64,000 nucleotides of DNA from Chthoniobacterales bacterium (GTDB taxonomy: Bacteria; Verrucomicrobiota; Verrucomicrobiia; Chthoniobacterales; JACTMZ01): contig JBILUI010000001.1 of the NCBI GenBank assembly GCA_044371145.1, positions 3,497 to 67,496 of the forward strand, in the 5' to 3' direction. Both the position numbers and the translations under genes were made by a program. The notes beneath the pieces were generated by a model. The model ran no database searches and was not told the DNA's origin. It saw only the letters and a program-made list of their open reading frames with translations. This document shows positions 1 to 9,319 of this stretch, in pieces (the first letter of the stretch is position 1; every line of letters starts with the position of its first letter).

Positions 1-900
1 GATCAGTTTGTTCAACACAAACCCGTCGACTCCCTGCTCCGATCCACCCTCACATGTGCCGCCCAGCTTGAGAGCCGCAGACTCCCCCTGCGTCGGAAAA
101 TACCAGTCCGCGCCCACAGAGTCCGGCGATGATGGTGTTTGGAGGCCGAAGGACACGGGGATTGGATCAACATTGAGGCGCACCTTGAGCGCGCGCTTTT
201 TGAGCACGGTGCTCGGGTCCTCTAGATGGCTAAGCAGATCGCGGATTTCCTGCTCGGCCTGCTCGAGGAGTTCCGGATCGTCGACCATTGCGCCACTGGG
301 CAAGGGCATGAAGATCGAGGGCGTCCCGGCTCGTGGCCATTCGTGGCAAACAACTTGTCGTGGCCCGATAAAACACTCGGTCTGGCTCTGCTTCTGCTGC
401 TTACTCTCGATGGAAGACGGGCTTGGAGTCGTGGTTTCAGCAAGGCGAACCAACTTAAAACTGACGGATTCACGTGCCAGCGCGAGGCGCAACTCGGCGC
501 CATCATCAAAATTGACAACTACGGATTTGGCACCAAGCCTGTAGTCGGGGCTATCTCCGAGTCTGGCAGTCACTTCGTAGTCCCCCACCTTCGCCGTCAC
601 GATGCTGTCGGCCGTGGGCTCAAAACCCTTCAGGGCAATTTTGCCGCTAAACGAAAGGCGACTCATGATCCTCTCCGAAGCCGGCTGACCTGGCTCGCTG
701 AATTTCTTGAATTCTTGCTGGAGAGAGAAGGTGCTGGGGGCCGTTTTCAAGAGCCTCGGGAGGGGAGCGTCATGCGGAGCGTCGGTTTCTCCATGTTGTT
801 GATCATGAGCACGAACAAGATGCGGCACGAAGGCATTGGCCAAGAAGCAAAGGGCCAGAGGGAGAAGACCGAAGGATTTGCGAAGAGAGGTGGTTTTCAT
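1..900 (-). CDS. Secreted hypothetical protein, first 300 codons (gene continues beyond the left edge of the window)
   Basis: ATG at 900..898 is followed by 300 stop-free codons down to position 1 (hand-translated). It is absent from the ORF track because it has no in-window stop. The start MKTTSLRKSFGLLPLALCFLANAFVPHLVRA has the basic n-region and hydrophobic core of a Sec signal peptide. No family recognised. Confidence 0.55.
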   Translation of the reverse strand, partial: MKTTSLRKSFGLLPLALCFLANAFVPHLVRAHDQQHGETDAPHDAPLPRLLKTAPSTFSLQQEFKKFSEPGQPASERIMSRLSFSGKIALKGFEPTADSIVTAKVGDYEVTARLGDSPDYRLGAKSVVVNFDDGAELRLALARESVSFKLVRLAETTTPSPSSIESKQQKQSQTECFIGPRQVVCHEWPRAGTPSIFMPLPSGAMVDDPELLEQAEQEIRDLLSHLEDPSTVLKKRALKVRLNVDPIPVSFGLQTPSSPDSVGADWYFPTQGESAALKLGGTCEGGSEQGVDGFVLNKLI

Positions 901-934
901 GAAATGGAATAGGGTGGAACCAGAGAAACCGCAC

Positions 935-962
935 AACATAAACCGATCCGGCAATCTGTCAA
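935..962 (-). promoter_or_regulatory. Candidate sigma70-type promoter for the 1..900 gene
   Basis: On the minus strand: TTGACA (962..957), a 16-nt spacer, then TATGTT (940..935), about 35 nt upstream of the ATG at 900. Pattern match only. Confidence 0.3.
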
Positions 963-997
963 ACGGCGTTCCCCTCAAATGACACTCGCCGCGGCGC

Positions 998-1414
998 TCA
1001 ACCGCCGATGATTTTGACCAGAACCCGCTTGCGGCGCAGGCCGTCGAACTCGCCGTAGAAAATTTGCTCCCAAGGGCCGAAATCGAGCCGGCCTTCAGTC
1101 ACGGCGACGACCACCTCGCGCCCCATGATGCTGCGCTTGAGATGGGCGTCGGCATTGTCTTCGGCGCCGTTGTGCTTGTATTGGCTGTGTGGTTTTTCCG
1201 GGGCGAGCTTCTCCAGCCACTTTTCGAAATCGGCGTGCAGACCGCTTTCGTCGTCATTGATGAAGACGCTGGCTGTGATGTGCATGGCATTGACCAAGCA
1301 CAGTCCTTCCTTGATCCCGCTGGTGCGGAGACATTTTTCAATCTGCGGCGTGATGTTGATCAGTCCGCGCCGCGCGGGGACTTCGAACCAGAGTTCTTCG
1401 CGGAAGGATTTCAT
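998..1414 (-). CDS. yjbQ: YjbQ/UPF0047 family protein (secondary thiamine-phosphate synthase-type)
   Basis: 138-aa ORF with the family's typical length and pattern ([24 protein letters not shown]-terminal GEFDG..RKR). Confidence 0.85.
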   Translation of the reverse strand: MKSFREELWFEVPARRGLINITPQIEKCLRTSGIKEGLCLVNAMHITASVFINDDESGLHADFEKWLEKLAPEKPHSQYKHNGAEDNADAHLKRSIMGREVVVAVTEGRLDFGPWEQIFYGEFDGLRRKRVLVKIIGG

Positions 1415-1547
1415 GACGGATGTTTAGACCGTAAAGAACTCGGAGGACACGGATAAATGGTGCAGCCATGTAGCGTCGGTCTGCGATCGACGGCGCCTTT
1501 ACAGGAAATGTTTCCGGCGCTCATAGAGTGCCGCTGCAAGATGGTTA

Positions 1548-2825
1548 CTAAGGGTTCGCTGCGTAGCGCGCGAATTTCGCCTCCAGCGCGGGAGGGACGT
1601 GCGCGGTGAGGACGGCGTCGTCGCCCTCGTAGGCGATGTCGATGACATGGCCGGCGCGGTGCAACTCGGCCAGCGCGGCGCTGTCGGACTGCGGGATGCG
1701 GAATTTTTGGCGCAGACGCCAGGCCGAGAGCTGGTTTTGCAGTTCGTCGACGAACTCCTGCAGATTTTCGCCCGTCTTGACCGAGATGGCCACGCTGTTG
1801 GGATGGCGGGCCATGGCAGCCTGCACCGCCTCGGGATTTTCCAAGCGGTCGATCTTGTTGAAAACGATGAGCGTGTGCTTTCCGTCGGCTTCGAGTTCCC
1901 GGATGACCGCGTCCGTCGAGGCAATATGGTCTTCCCACCGCGGATGGCTCAGATCGACGACATGGACAAGGAGGTCGGCCGACTTCAACTCTTCGAGGGT
2001 GGCCTTGAAGGATTCGATGACGGTCGTGGGCAATTTGCGGATGAAACCGACCGTGTCGGTGAAGAGGACTTTCAATTTGTTGGGCAGGACAAATTGGCGG
2101 GTGGTCGGATCCAGTGTGGCGAAGAGTTTGTCCTCGGCGATGACACCCGCGTTCGTTAACCGGTTGAGCAGCGAAGATTTTCCAGCGTTGGTGTAACCGA
2201 CGATGGCGACAACCGGCCATTGATGGCGCGCGCGTCCTTCGCGCTGGATGGCGCGGTGTTTGCGCACTTCCTCGAGGTCTTTTTGCAAACGCGCGATGCG
2301 TTCCTGCACACGGCGGCGGTCGACCTCGAGCTGGGTTTCACCCGGACCGCGCGTGCCGATACCGCCGGTCTGACGCGACAAGTGCGTCCACATGCGGGTG
2401 AGACGCGGGAGCAAATACTGCAACTGCGCGAGTTCGATTTGCAGGCGTCCTTCCCGGCTGCGCGCCCGCCGCGCGAAGATGTCGAGGATGAGCTGGGTGC
2501 GATCGAGGATTTTTTTGGAAGTCACTTCCTCGAGATTTCGACCCTGCGCGGGAGACAGTTCGTCATCGAAAATGATCGAACCCGCGCCAGTCTCGGTGCA
2601 GAGCGCGGCCACTTCCTCGGCCTTGCCTTTGCCGATGTAATAGGGCGCCGTGGGGTGATCGAGCTTCTGCGTGACCGTATCGACGACCTTGGCGCCGGCT
2701 GTCGCGGCGAGTTCGCGCAGTTCCTCGAGTGAATCCTGCAAATCCCAACGGCTGACCCCGTTGTGCTCGAGTCCGACTAGGACGGTCTTCTCGGTCGCGG
2801 AGGGAGGTGGTGTGGTGAGGAGCAT
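1548..2825 (-). CDS. hflX: GTPase HflX
   Basis: 425-aa ORF with an HflX-type N-terminal domain. G-domain motifs are visible: G1 GYTNAGKSSLLN, G3 DTVGF, G4 NKID. It lies directly downstream of miaA. Confidence 0.93.
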   Translation of the reverse strand: MLLTTPPPSATEKTVLVGLEHNGVSRWDLQDSLEELRELAATAGAKVVDTVTQKLDHPTAPYYIGKGKAEEVAALCTETGAGSIIFDDELSPAQGRNLEEVTSKKILDRTQLILDIFARRARSREGRLQIELAQLQYLLPRLTRMWTHLSRQTGGIGTRGPGETQLEVDRRRVQERIARLQKDLEEVRKHRAIQREGRARHQWPVVAIVGYTNAGKSSLLNRLTNAGVIAEDKLFATLDPTTRQFVLPNKLKVLFTDTVGFIRKLPTTVIESFKATLEELKSADLLVHVVDLSHPRWEDHIASTDAVIRELEADGKHTLIVFNKIDRLENPEAVQAAMARHPNSVAISVKTGENLQEFVDELQNQLSAWRLRQKFRIPQSDSAALAELHRAGHVIDIAYEGDDAVLTAHVPPALEAKFARYAANP

Positions 2826-2919
2826 GCTTAAAAGTCGAGGGTTGAGGGACGAGAGCCGGAGAAAATCGAAGACAGCCGCAGGCCATCGAGAGAAGAGGTA
2901 AACTCCCGGAAAACGCGCT

Positions 2920-3831
2920 TCATGAAAGGCCCGACAAGAGGGCGATGCGATCGAAGGTATCGGGCGTCACTTCGGAAATATTCTCCTCGGGCAATGTGGA
3001 TTTGCCCCGGAACCACGTCAACTGCCTTTTGGCGTATTGGCGGGTGGCGACGGTGAGTTGCTCGCGGCATTCGTCGCAGGAAATCCGCCCGTCGAGCATT
3101 GCCGTGATCTCGCGCCATCCGAGAATCTGGCGGGCTGTTCCTCCGGCGGTTTCACGGACAGATTTCACCTCTTCGACCGCGCCCCGGGCCAATCGCTCCG
3201 CCACTGCATGGGCGATGCGCGCGGACAAATCCTCACGCGATCTCGTGATGAGAACGCCACGCAAGCCCTTTGGTGCCGGGGGCAACACGGTGAGCACTTC
3301 GGATGCAGGTTTGCCGGTCTGCAGGCAAAGTTCCAAGCGCCGCGCGACGCGGCGCGGATTGTTGGCATCGATGGCGAGAAGGCTTGGCGCGTCGAGTTCG
3401 CGCAGCTTGGTCTGCATCTCTTTGAGCGTCATTCCCCTCACCGTTTCGCGCAGCGCAGGATCGATGGCCGGGGCGGCAGGCAGTCCGCTGATCAGCGCTT
3501 GCAAATACAATCCGCTTCCACCGACGACGAACGGCATTTTTCCGCGCGCGACAATGTCTTCAAGCACCGGACAAACCGTCTTTGCGTAGTGCGCGGCATC
3601 GATCTCGTCCGCGCACGGGATGGTTCCATAAAGATGATGCGGCACGAGGTTTTGCTCTCCGGCGGAGGGTTGCGCGCTGAGCACGGGAAATTCACGATAC
3701 AATTGGAATGCGTCGGCGCAGACGATTTCGCCTTCGTGTTTGCGCGTCAAAGCGAGGGCGATTTCCGATTTGCCGACCGAGGTGGGGCCGGCGAGGAAAA
3801 CGCATCGACGGAGAATTTCCGTCGGGATCAT
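2920..3831 (-). CDS. miaA: tRNA dimethylallyltransferase MiaA
   Basis: 303-aa ORF with P-loop GPTSVGKS near the N-terminus and the MiaA pattern (CADAFQLYREFPVLSAQP, HHLYG). Confidence 0.93.
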   Translation of the reverse strand: MIPTEILRRCVFLAGPTSVGKSEIALALTRKHEGEIVCADAFQLYREFPVLSAQPSAGEQNLVPHHLYGTIPCADEIDAAHYAKTVCPVLEDIVARGKMPFVVGGSGLYLQALISGLPAAPAIDPALRETVRGMTLKEMQTKLRELDAPSLLAIDANNPRRVARRLELCLQTGKPASEVLTVLPPAPKGLRGVLITRSREDLSARIAHAVAERLARGAVEEVKSVRETAGGTARQILGWREITAMLDGRISCDECREQLTVATRQYAKRQLTWFRGKSTLPEENISEVTPDTFDRIALLSGLS

Positions 3832-3833
3832 CG

Positions 3834-3878
3834 GACCAAAAGAAAACGTCCGCTCCCCGCGAACGGGAAGCGGACGTT
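3834..3878 (-). terminator. Rho-independent terminator downstream of the RRM gene
   Basis: Perfect 10-bp arms AACGTCCGCT / AGCGGACGTT (3845..3854 and 3869..3878) with an inner CCCG/CGGG extension. On the transcribed (minus) strand they are followed by TTTTCTTTTGG (plus-strand 3834..3844). The element sits 20 nt after the RRM stop and abuts the miaA start. Confidence 0.7.
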
Positions 3879-3897
3879 GTGAAGATCCGACGGCACC

Positions 3898-4521
3898 TCA
3901 GGCCTGCTGCGACACGGTCTGGTCCGCCTCGGACGACGACGAAGATTCTTCGCGGTCGCGGCCGATGGAACGGTCGGCGGGAAGTTTGGCCCCGCTGACC
4001 ACGAGCTTGCGGCCCATGTATTCCTTGTCGTGGAGTTCTTCCACGGCGCGCTTGGCCTCGGAGATGGCGTTCATTTGCACGAAGCCGAATCCCTTGGAGC
4101 GCTGGGTGTGTTTGTTGGTGACAATTTCCACGTTGGCCACCGTGCCCACGCCCGAGAAGAGCTCGAAGAGATCGCTCTCCGCGGCGTCATAGGACAGATT
4201 ACCCACGTAGAGACGCGGGGTTGTCACCTCGATGGACTCGGGTTTGCGCGACTCGCGGGGAGCGCGTGGTTCGCGGGGCGGACGCGACTCGCGCGGGGCA
4301 CGGATCTCATCACGCGTGCGCTCGCGGCGCTCATGACCGTTGCTGGATGGTTTGGCGGCGGGCTGCGGCGCGAGGCCGAAGAACGCTTTGACTTTATCCC
4401 ACAGACCGGCCGGCTTGCGGGGTTCGCGGCGCACATGGAAGGTGTCGCCGGAACGCGGACTCGAGGAACGACGGTCGCGACCGCCGCGGCGGCGACGCTG
4501 ACCGGAATGACGTGAATTCAT
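3898..4521 (-). CDS. RRM-domain RNA-binding protein with Arg-rich N-terminal extension
   Basis: RNP2 LYVGNL and RNP1 KGFGFVQM motifs in the C-terminal half. The N-terminal ~100 aa is Arg-rich with PRE(S/P)R repeats. Start is uncertain: an in-frame GTG at 4227 (just before TTPRLYVGNL) would give a canonical ~100-aa RRM protein. Confidence 0.85.
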   Translation of the reverse strand: MNSRHSGQRRRRGGRDRRSSSPRSGDTFHVRREPRKPAGLWDKVKAFFGLAPQPAAKPSSNGHERRERTRDEIRAPRESRPPREPRAPRESRKPESIEVTTPRLYVGNLSYDAAESDLFELFSGVGTVANVEIVTNKHTQRSKGFGFVQMNAISEAKRAVEELHDKEYMGRKLVVSGAKLPADRSIGRDREESSSSSEADQTVSQQA

Positions 4522-4910
4522 GGAAGTATTCGTTTTGATGCTGTTGATGTTGGAAGAGCGGGGCGCGCCGACCGCGCACGTGGGTGAAGCCGCTCGTTGT
4601 GGTTAATGACGGAGCCGCGGCCGCGAATGGGGCACGGGCGGAGTCCGCCGGGTTTTCGGGGCGGGCCAAGGAGCCGGATTTGCGCCGCGCGAACAAAATC
4701 GCGGCGAAACCGAACAGGAGGGCGAGCCAACCGGATTTGGGGCGACCGGAATCGCAAGCTGCCTGCATCCAAGAGGATACCAGAAACATGGCCATAACCT
4801 CGAACAAGAACAACATATGGGCGGGGCAGGCCTGCGGCAATAAAGAAATCGCCGCCCCGAAGGACGGCGATGCTATTTTACTCTGTAAAGTGGGTTGTTT
4901 TGTCGCGCTT

Positions 4911-5591
4911 TTAAAATCCCGCGTCGTCGGGCGGACCATCCATCTCGGGGGGCGGCGGGCCTTGGGGACCATCTCCCTGCGGCCCACGATCCCGGCCCAT
5001 GATGCCGGGACCGAGTTTCTCGAGCAGCGGAGCGAGACGCGGGTCGGCTTTGAGCATGGCGGCCTTCATCGCTTGGTGCATTTCGCGGCCGGCCTCGCGT
5101 TTGGCCTCCGGTCCCTCCGCGTTGCGCATTTTTTCGCGGGCCGCTTGGACGGTAGGATCGTCTTTGGCCGCACTGAGCGCGGCTTTGAGTTGCTTCTTCT
5201 GCTCGGGTGTCAACGACTCGAACTTGCCGCGCATGTCCTTGGCGCGATCGCGCGCTGCTTTGACTTTGTCGAGGACGGGCCCCAACGAGGAGTCGGCCGA
5301 CAGCATGGCTGCGTGCATGGCGGTTTCGAGTTGCTTCTTCAGCGCGTCATTCGCCTCTTTGAGCGAGCGCACTGTCGGGTCGTCTTTAGCCTTCTCGCGG
5401 GCTGCTTGGAGACGTTCCTGTTCGTCAGGAGTCAGCTTGGCATAGGGAGGCGGCCCGTGCTTTTTGCCGTGCTGTTTCCAAGGGGGACCATCCCTGTCCG
5501 GACCGCCGGGTTGCGGTTGCGTGTCGTCTTGGGCCGAGAGCGGCGCAACCGCCGCGAGAAGACCCAGGGAGAGAAGAGTGAATTTTTTCAT
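4911..5591 (-). CDS. Periplasmic LTXXQ-motif (Spy/CpxP-like) repeat protein
   Basis: Signal peptide MKKFTLLSLGLLAAVAPLSAQ. There are two internally repeated helical units, each starting with an LTXXQ-type motif (KLTPDEQERL, SLTPEQKKQL) and containing KDDPTV. Confidence 0.65.
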   Translation of the reverse strand: MKKFTLLSLGLLAAVAPLSAQDDTQPQPGGPDRDGPPWKQHGKKHGPPPYAKLTPDEQERLQAAREKAKDDPTVRSLKEANDALKKQLETAMHAAMLSADSSLGPVLDKVKAARDRAKDMRGKFESLTPEQKKQLKAALSAAKDDPTVQAAREKMRNAEGPEAKREAGREMHQAMKAAMLKADPRLAPLLEKLGPGIMGRDRGPQGDGPQGPPPPEMDGPPDDAGF

Positions 5592-5632
5592 AACAACGTG
5601 TTCAACCCCGGCGACACGCTGCAGTTGCGGAT

Positions 5633-6733
5633 TTATTTGCGTGCAGCGAGACGAGCATAGAGAGCCTCAACCGTCCGCGCCTGTTGGCGTGCGTCAAATG
5701 ATGCCGTCACCTTCCCGCGCGCAGCGTGTCCTTGGGATGCTCGCAGCTCGGCGGATTGCAGATAGCGCCCGAGGACGGACGAGAAATCGTCCGCAGAACC
5801 GGGCTGCGCAGTCGATCCGCCATCACCGTCGCCAAGCAGTTCGAGGCATCCGTCGACTGCGGAAACGACGCAAGGCAAGCCGGACGCCATGGCTTCGAGC
5901 AGAATCATCGGCGTGCCTTCGTAGTCGGAGGTCAGAAGAAACACATCCGCAGCGGCGAGAACAGTCCGCGTGTCGCGAAATCCGAGCATCGCGACATTGC
6001 CGATTTTGTTTTGCGAAATGATCTCGCGCAGAGCCTGTTCTTCGGGGCCCGTTCCGGCGATGACAAAGCGCACCCCGGGGAAACGCCGTGCGATCTCGAG
6101 GAAAAGCGGCCAGTTCTTTTGAGGATGGAGGCGTCCCAGTCCGGCGACGACGAGAGATTCGGCGGGAATGCCGAGTTCTCGGCGGGCTGACATACGGACC
6201 TCGGCGCCGGCCGGGGCGAAACGTTCCGTGTCCACTCCGTTGGCGAGAAAGGAAATGCGTGCGGGATCGACGTTCTCACGCGCAATAACATCATCCCGCG
6301 TCGACCGCGAGACCGCGTAAATGTGCGAGGAGAGACGATTGGTTGCAGCATCGATCCACGTGGCGACCGCACTCCCGGTTCGCGCGCGATCGTTGCAGTG
6401 GTCGTGGTTGACGAGCGCGCGCTGTCCGCACAGTGCGGCAAGCGGTTTGCCGATCCAGTTCGAGCCGAAGAGGTGAAAATGAACCACATCGTATCGTCCG
6501 CGGCGCAGCAAGCGTGGCAGGGAAAGGAGATAGCCGGGCGGAAATTTTCCACGGGAAAGGAAATGCACGGGCACACCCTCCTTCTCCAGCGCGTCGGCAA
6601 ACACGCCGCGACCGTGCATCGGCGCCACTTCCATTTCGATGGCCGACCGGTCGCGGAAGCGGGAGAGATTGACCACCACAGTCTGCGCGCCCCCGAGATC
6701 GAGGCTGTCAATGACGTGGAGAACGCGGATCAT
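5633..6733 (-). CDS. Glycosyltransferase, GT4-like (GT-B fold)
   Basis: N-terminus MIRVLHVIDSLDLGGAQ. C-terminal donor-binding region LLTSDYEGTPMILLEAMASGLPCVVS. The ATG overlaps the upstream stop (ATGA at 6730..6733). Confidence 0.85.
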   Translation of the reverse strand: MIRVLHVIDSLDLGGAQTVVVNLSRFRDRSAIEMEVAPMHGRGVFADALEKEGVPVHFLSRGKFPPGYLLSLPRLLRRGRYDVVHFHLFGSNWIGKPLAALCGQRALVNHDHCNDRARTGSAVATWIDAATNRLSSHIYAVSRSTRDDVIARENVDPARISFLANGVDTERFAPAGAEVRMSARRELGIPAESLVVAGLGRLHPQKNWPLFLEIARRFPGVRFVIAGTGPEEQALREIISQNKIGNVAMLGFRDTRTVLAAADVFLLTSDYEGTPMILLEAMASGLPCVVSAVDGCLELLGDGDGGSTAQPGSADDFSSVLGRYLQSAELRASQGHAARGKVTASFDARQQARTVEALYARLAARK

Positions 6734-7215
6734 GCGCCGACCGGGCGGGCGGGATTGCCCGCCACCGTGCAGCCTGCGGGCACGTCGTGGAGCACGACAC
6801 TGCCGGCGCCGATTTTCGCATCGTCGCCGATTTCGATGCGTCCGATGATCACGCTGCTACAGCCGATGTCGACGCGGTCTCCGATCACCGGACAATCGTC
6901 GGACTCGCGCCGGTTACCGATCGTCGTACCATGGCGCAGCGTACAGTCGGAGCCGATGACCGCCGACTCGTGGACCACCAAACCGTAGCCGTGGTGCAAA
7001 CGCAGTCGTGGTCCGACTTTCGCTTTGTGGTTGAGTTCAATGCCCAACTCCCACCACACGATTAGTTGGTAGACAAAGAGATAAGGTGCAGCCAGCCAGC
7101 GGATACATTTCGGCCACCGGTGCAACTTTTGCGCGAAGCGGAATGAGCCGAGAATGAATTTCATCCGCAGGTCCTGCGGATTCACGCCCCAATCCTGCCA
7201 GATACCGTCGCTCAT
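6730..7215 (-). CDS. Serine-acetyltransferase-like (CysE/WcaB-type) LbH O-acetyltransferase
   Basis: Hexapeptide-repeat C-terminus (IGSDCTLRHGTTIGN, PVIGDRVDIGCSSVIIGRIEIGDDAKIGAGSVV, AGNPARP). I chose the ATG at 7215 (MSDGIWQDW) because it forms an ATGA overlap with the upstream stop. The ORF-track start is 7302. Confidence 0.8.
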   Translation of the reverse strand: MSDGIWQDWGVNPQDLRMKFILGSFRFAQKLHRWPKCIRWLAAPYLFVYQLIVWWELGIELNHKAKVGPRLRLHHGYGLVVHESAVIGSDCTLRHGTTIGNRRESDDCPVIGDRVDIGCSSVIIGRIEIGDDAKIGAGSVVLHDVPAGCTVAGNPARPVGA

Positions 7216-8312
7216 GCGTGTGCTTCTCCCCCACCCAATCCGCGCAGGAACGCACCGGTTTCTTTGTCGCTGTCGTGCATCTCGTTGACGAAACGCTCGC
7301 ATCCCTCCTGCATGCGCTCAAGACCGGACGTGTCGGCCATCATGGATTTTGCGCCGCCAACCAGTTTCCCGAAATCTTGTTCAGCGTGGAAACCGGGGCG
7401 GTAAAGACCGAAGAGGTCATCGGGATTCACCGCGAGTGAGAGCAGAGCGGCACGGCCGAGCCCGGCCTGGATGAAGCTGTTGGGCCAACCCTCCCACTCC
7501 GAAGTGTTGACGAAAACGCGCGCGCGATCGTAGTGCCGCTGCACCTGACTGTAGGGCACGCTCTCGATGAAACGCACATTGGACAGCGAGGCAGCGCGCA
7601 CCGCCACGCGTTGGTAAAGGTCGCGATCTTGGGCCGGGCAGATCATCTCGAAGGAGTTGTCAGGCAATGCTTCCGCGAGATCGAGGAACAGCTCCGGTCT
7701 TTTCATCGGCACGCAACGCGAGACCCAGAGAAAGTCCGTGTCTTTGGGCGGTCGCTCGCCGTCAGGACGCGGCACGAGAAGATAGCGGTAGAAGGATGCT
7801 TCCATCCCGCGGCGACGGTAATGCGCGAGTTGGTCGCGCGTGATGGCGTGTCGCGCATCACAGCGGCGAAGGGCAAATTCGAAAACGCCGCCCAACAAAG
7901 GATGTGCCCGCCGGTATTCGCCGTTCACCTCGGTATCCAGGGCACAAATGAAATCAATTTTGTAGCCGAGCGAGGGCCGCCAGAGCCAGAGGACGAAGAG
8001 CCAGGCGGTCCAGCCCATGACCACCACCCAATCAGGTTTTTCTTCCCGCAGCACCCGGAAGACGCGCGGCATAGAAGCGATCATCTCGGGCATTCGACCC
8101 GTGTGGAACTTTCCGGCATTGCGCACGCGCACGCCCTGCAAGACAGCTTGATCTGCTTGTCCTGTGTCGCCGGCGGCGATGACCACATCGTGTCCATGCC
8201 GACCAAGCGACCGCGCAAGCAGTGCGACCTGCAACTCGGCACCTCCTGAGGTCAGGGTCGAACCCTCGTCGAGCGCGAGATGTGCGTGGCTGGAAAGAAA
8301 AAGGATCTTCAC
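7212..8312 (-). CDS. Glycosyltransferase, GT4-like
   Basis: GTG start. N-terminus KILFLSSHAHL..GGAELQV and C-terminal VFVNTSEWEGWPNSFIQAG region, as in GT-B retaining transferases. Confidence 0.8.
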   Translation of the reverse strand: MKILFLSSHAHLALDEGSTLTSGGAELQVALLARSLGRHGHDVVIAAGDTGQADQAVLQGVRVRNAGKFHTGRMPEMIASMPRVFRVLREEKPDWVVVMGWTAWLFVLWLWRPSLGYKIDFICALDTEVNGEYRRAHPLLGGVFEFALRRCDARHAITRDQLAHYRRRGMEASFYRYLLVPRPDGERPPKDTDFLWVSRCVPMKRPELFLDLAEALPDNSFEMICPAQDRDLYQRVAVRAASLSNVRFIESVPYSQVQRHYDRARVFVNTSEWEGWPNSFIQAGLGRAALLSLAVNPDDLFGLYRPGFHAEQDFGKLVGGAKSMMADTSGLERMQEGCERFVNEMHDSDKETGAFLRGLGGGEAHA

Positions 8313-8344
8313 GCCGCTAATAAAAGGTTAAATTGCAGGCCGCA

Positions 8345-9319
8345 ATGCCTGTTGCTTTCCATCTTCCCCTTCGTCATCGCCCCGACGCCAGCCGCCAGCA
8401 GGCATGGCAGACGGGCGGGGTTGTCCCGGTCGAAGCGGAAGGCAAAACAGCCACGGCCCAGGCGTGGATTTATCAGACTTGGTTGCATCTTTCCCGCTCG
8501 GGCGCCGAAGTCTCGTTGGTCGAGGAGCTTCCGCGTGAAGGCGTGGCGGTGACGCTCAACGGATGGCTCAGGCCGGATTTCCTCGCGCCGCGCGAACTTT
8601 TCGTCGCGGGAGTGGTAGCCGACGGACTGCCCCATCCCGGTGTCGACCTGCAGATTGTGCAAAACCTTTGGCATGCGCGGCGTCTGACCGGCGCTTTTTT
8701 CATGCCACACTGGCCGCAACCGGGTTTGGTTCCGCGCGATCCCGCGCGCGGAACGAAAATGGAGAGGCTCTGTTTCTTCGGCGACCCGAAAAATCTCGCG
8801 GCCGGTTTGCGCGCCCCGGAGTGGCAACAGAAACTCCTTGAAACAACCGGGGCGCATTTCGAGCAGCGGGGCGCGGAGCGTTGGCACGATTACCATGATG
8901 TGGATGCCGTAGTTGCCGTGCGCGGATTCGGAAACGCAAACCAACCGCACAAACCGGCGACAAAACTTTACAACGCTTGGCTGGCAGGAGTGCCTTTTAT
9001 CGGCGGAAACGACTCGGCTTACCGCGCGGAAGCAGCACCCGACACCGATTACCTGATGGCCGGGTCGCCCGATGAGGTCATCGACTTGGTGCTGAAGATG
9101 CGCAACTCGTCGGAATGGCGTTCGAAAATCACGACACGTGGCCGGAAACGCTCAGAAGAAGTAGGCGGCCGGAAATTGACTCAACGCTGGAGCACATTAC
9201 TCGACTTCATGGCACAGCAACGGGAGAAAAAAATGCGCAAAACCAAGTGGCGCCTTGCCTCGGAGCGCGTGTTCAAAGCGACGTTGTACAAAGCGGACTC
9301 GCTGCGCCGGCGCGACTAG
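8345..9319 (+). CDS. Hypothetical protein, possibly glycosyltransferase-like
   Basis: Long ORF with codon usage like its neighbours. No motif I can assign beyond a GT-B-like C-terminal stretch (KPATKLYNAWLAGVPFIGG). ATG at 8345; the ORF-track TTG is at 8333. Its stop shares the tetranucleotide CTAG with the convergent GT2 at 9316. Confidence 0.5.
   Translation: MPVAFHLPLRHRPDASRQQAWQTGGVVPVEAEGKTATAQAWIYQTWLHLSRSGAEVSLVEELPREGVAVTLNGWLRPDFLAPRELFVAGVVADGLPHPGVDLQIVQNLWHARRLTGAFFMPHWPQPGLVPRDPARGTKMERLCFFGDPKNLAAGLRAPEWQQKLLETTGAHFEQRGAERWHDYHDVDAVVAVRGFGNANQPHKPATKLYNAWLAGVPFIGGNDSAYRAEAAPDTDYLMAGSPDEVIDLVLKMRNSSEWRSKITTRGRKRSEEVGGRKLTQRWSTLLDFMAQQREKKMRKTKWRLASERVFKATLYKADSLRRRD

Noticed and set aside
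8-912. Plus-strand ORFs 8..544 (178 aa) and 226..912 (228 aa)
   Set aside because: They are antisense to the stop-free minus-strand frame 1..900, which has a clean ATG and signal peptide. Their translations are Arg/Gly/Ser-rich and motif-free, as expected for shadow ORFs in high-GC DNA.
4394-4987. Minus-strand 197-aa ORF with two hydrophobic stretches (…SGWLALLFGFAAILFARRK…) in the 389-bp gap upstream of the RRM gene
   Set aside because: It overlaps the LTXXQ gene at one end. In another frame it overlaps the first ~42 codons of the RRM gene at the other end. No family was recognised. I treat the gap as untranslated leader or promoter, though a short membrane peptide cannot be excluded.
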